Part shown: positions 62,314 through 64,000 of the stretch, one piece after another
Numbering within the stretch: position 1 is the first letter of the stretch
How the letters are laid out: every line of letters begins with the position of its first letter
Translations under genes and position numbers: made by a program
The notes under the pieces: generated by a model
Told to the model about the DNA's origin: nothing
The model's input: the letters and a program-made list of their open reading frames with translations, nothing else
The model's database searches: none
Assembly (NCBI RefSeq): GCF_947568905.1
Contig: NC_079164.1
Span: 20,894,001 to 20,958,000, forward strand
Reading direction: 5' to 3'
DNA: 64,000 nt
Source: Ostrea edulis
Lineage: Eukaryota

Positions 62314-64000
62314 ATGGCTTATGAAGATAGAAAAGTCAGCTTCACAAATGTTGATCAACTCTTCATTCTGGATCAAGCAGAAACGTTCCACATCAGCTTA
62401 CAAAACAGTTGTGAAATATGCGAGGAAAATGGTGTTCGGGCGGTTTGGATTTGTATTGACTGTGATCAAAATCTTTGTGATAAATGCAAGAACGTACACC
62501 TAAAAACCAAAGCATCTGTCAGTTGCAATGTAGTGTCAATTACAATGAAGGAGAAGTACGGATTTGATGAAAGCAGTTGCTTGTTTCATCCGCGGGAAGT
62601 ATGTCGACAATTTTGTCGATCATGCAACAGAGTAGTATGTCCCAAGTGCACAGCCACTGAACATAGCAGACACAATTATGTTGAATTGGACGAAGCAGTT
62701 AAAGAAAAGAGGTTCAACCTTCAGAGAAAATTAGATCATCTGCGGAAAGAAGACCTCCCAGAAATAAGAAATCGAACGTGTATGCTTGAGAAGAATCAGG
62801 AGGAGTACTCGGTATCGGTTCAAAATTTGATTCACGAGGTTTTCAAACGACATGAAATATGGAAAAGAAAAGCAGAGGAAATTAGAGACAAAATCTTGCG
62901 AGATATCAAGAAAACGGAAAAAGACGACATGGAAACAATAAGACGAGTTAAGAATTCTCTTGAAAAGTCATCAGAAGAAATGGAACTGTTACTGGAAAAC
63001 TTGGAGAAAGAAATCTACGTGCACTCGGACAGAAAGTGTGTTAATTTCTGCGATACAGCGGAAAAGAAACTTGACCGTCTTGTTATGCCAAAGAAACTGG
63101 AGACACTAAAACCTCCTAAGTTAGTGACGATGGCGTTTAGCGCAAGCCTGATGACGAGGCAATTTGGTTTACTGGAACCCCAGAAAAGGATGCTAAAACC
63201 AAAACCTAAACCAGAAAGACCTAAAGTGCCATCGCCTGAAAGAAGACAGAGGGAAGTGAAACCCAGATTAGTGACGATAGTGTACAGTCTGCAGACGACC
63301 GGGACCATATTCAGTGTGTGTCCTGTTGGTAATGGGACTGCATGGATTGGAACTGGTCATACGGACAAGACTATCCGAAATGGTTCTCTGTACTTAGTAG
63401 ACGTGGATGGCAACACTACAATGACACTGAAAACTGGTTACAATCCTCTCAGCCTAACCCTGACCAAATCCGGCAATATCCTCTTCTGTAGTGGATTTCG
63501 CTGTCGTCTGGTTGACTTTAACAATTCTGGTAAGGTAACAATATTCAATGACAAGGCTACGTACACCAGAGGCGTGACGACTACCAGAGATGACAATGTA
63601 CTGGTCTCCTACGTCAATGATGGAAAAATCATACGAATGACTTCAAGCGGCAAAATTCTGGAGACCATAGAAAATGACAACAAAGGTCACAAACTTGTGG
63701 ACTCGCCACTTTCTGTTAAAGAGAATGCCAATGGTGACATTTGTATACTCAACGGAGCACCAGGGAAGTATCTAACTGCAAAAGGAAAGGAACTAGTTTG
63801 TCTCTCAGAGGGCAAAATTAAATTCAAGTACTACGGAAATACCACTACACCGGCTTCAGTAAAGCCAGCCTTCAGTGATATTTCTTGTGATAAAAAATGT
63901 AACATATTCATATCTGATTACCATAATGACTGTGTCCATATGCTGGACAAAGATGGGAAATTTCTAAAGTTTCCAGGGACAAAAGAAGATGGCATTATCA
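62314..64000 (+). CDS. RING-less TRIM-like protein (2 B-boxes, coiled coil, NHL/beta-propeller repeats), 3'-partial
   Basis: Stop-free frame from ATG 62314 to the window end (~562 codons; absent from the ORF track because no stop is reached). B-box1 CEIC...CIDCDQNLCDKCKNVH, B-box2 CLFH...FCRSC...CPKC...EHSRH, coiled coil, then NHL-type repeats (NPLSLTLTKSGNILF, GVTTTRDDNVLV, NGDICI, CDKKCNIFISDYHNDCVHMLDKDGKF). Acceptor TTTTTAG just before 62304 implies a 5'UTR intron. Confidence 0.9.
   Translation, partial: MAYEDRKVSFTNVDQLFILDQAETFHISLQNSCEICEENGVRAVWICIDCDQNLCDKCKNVHLKTKASVSCNVVSITMKEKYGFDESSCLFHPREVCRQFCRSCNRVVCPKCTATEHSRHNYVELDEAVKEKRFNLQRKLDHLRKEDLPEIRNRTCMLEKNQEEYSVSVQNLIHEVFKRHEIWKRKAEEIRDKILRDIKKTEKDDMETIRRVKNSLEKSSEEMELLLENLEKEIYVHSDRKCVNFCDTAEKKLDRLVMPKKLETLKPPKLVTMAFSASLMTRQFGLLEPQKRMLKPKPKPERPKVPSPERRQREVKPRLVTIVYSLQTTGTIFSVCPVGNGTAWIGTGHTDKTIRNGSLYLVDVDGNTTMTLKTGYNPLSLTLTKSGNILFCSGFRCRLVDFNNSGKVTIFNDKATYTRGVTTTRDDNVLVSYVNDGKIIRMTSSGKILETIENDNKGHKLVDSPLSVKENANGDICILNGAPGKYLTAKGKELVCLSEGKIKFKYYGNTTTPASVKPAFSDISCDKKCNIFISDYHNDCVHMLDKDGKFLKFPGTKEDGII

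Noticed and set aside
63015-63308. Minus-strand 97-aa ORF
   Set aside because: Antisense shadow of the TRIM-like coding sequence.

Overview
AT-rich, intron-rich animal genomic DNA, almost certainly an oyster (Ostreidae). This is inferred from the many copies of the ~165-bp HindIII/Cg170-like satellite monomer carried inside Helentron-type non-autonomous elements. One 193-N gap lies at 24866-25058. Five spliced or partial protein-coding genes were reconstructed by hand, with intron phases checked at every junction: (1) the 3' part of a Na+/H+ exchanger (SLC9A/NHE, +, 647-10557); (2) a signal peptide-CUB-C-type lectin-TM receptor (-, 40197 to 19765/18741), which appears to have two alternative TM+cytoplasmic terminal exons, each with PPxY motifs; (3) a short 255-aa DUF4476/PROSER1-N-terminus-like gene (+, 45508-47345); (4) V-ATPase subunit d (ATP6V0D, -, 57468-50727, complete, 352 aa); (5) a RING-less B-box/coiled-coil/NHL TRIM-like ORF (+, from 62314, runs off the window). 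The rest is a dense, nested set of DNA transposon derivatives (Helentron/HINE, TTAA-flanked Kolobok-like, 9-bp-TSD AcademH-like, hAT-like, Tc1/pogo-like MITEs), a SINE, minisatellites and hairpins. No rRNA, tRNA or CRISPR features were seen. Family assignments of repeats rely on recalled family hallmarks, not database searches.
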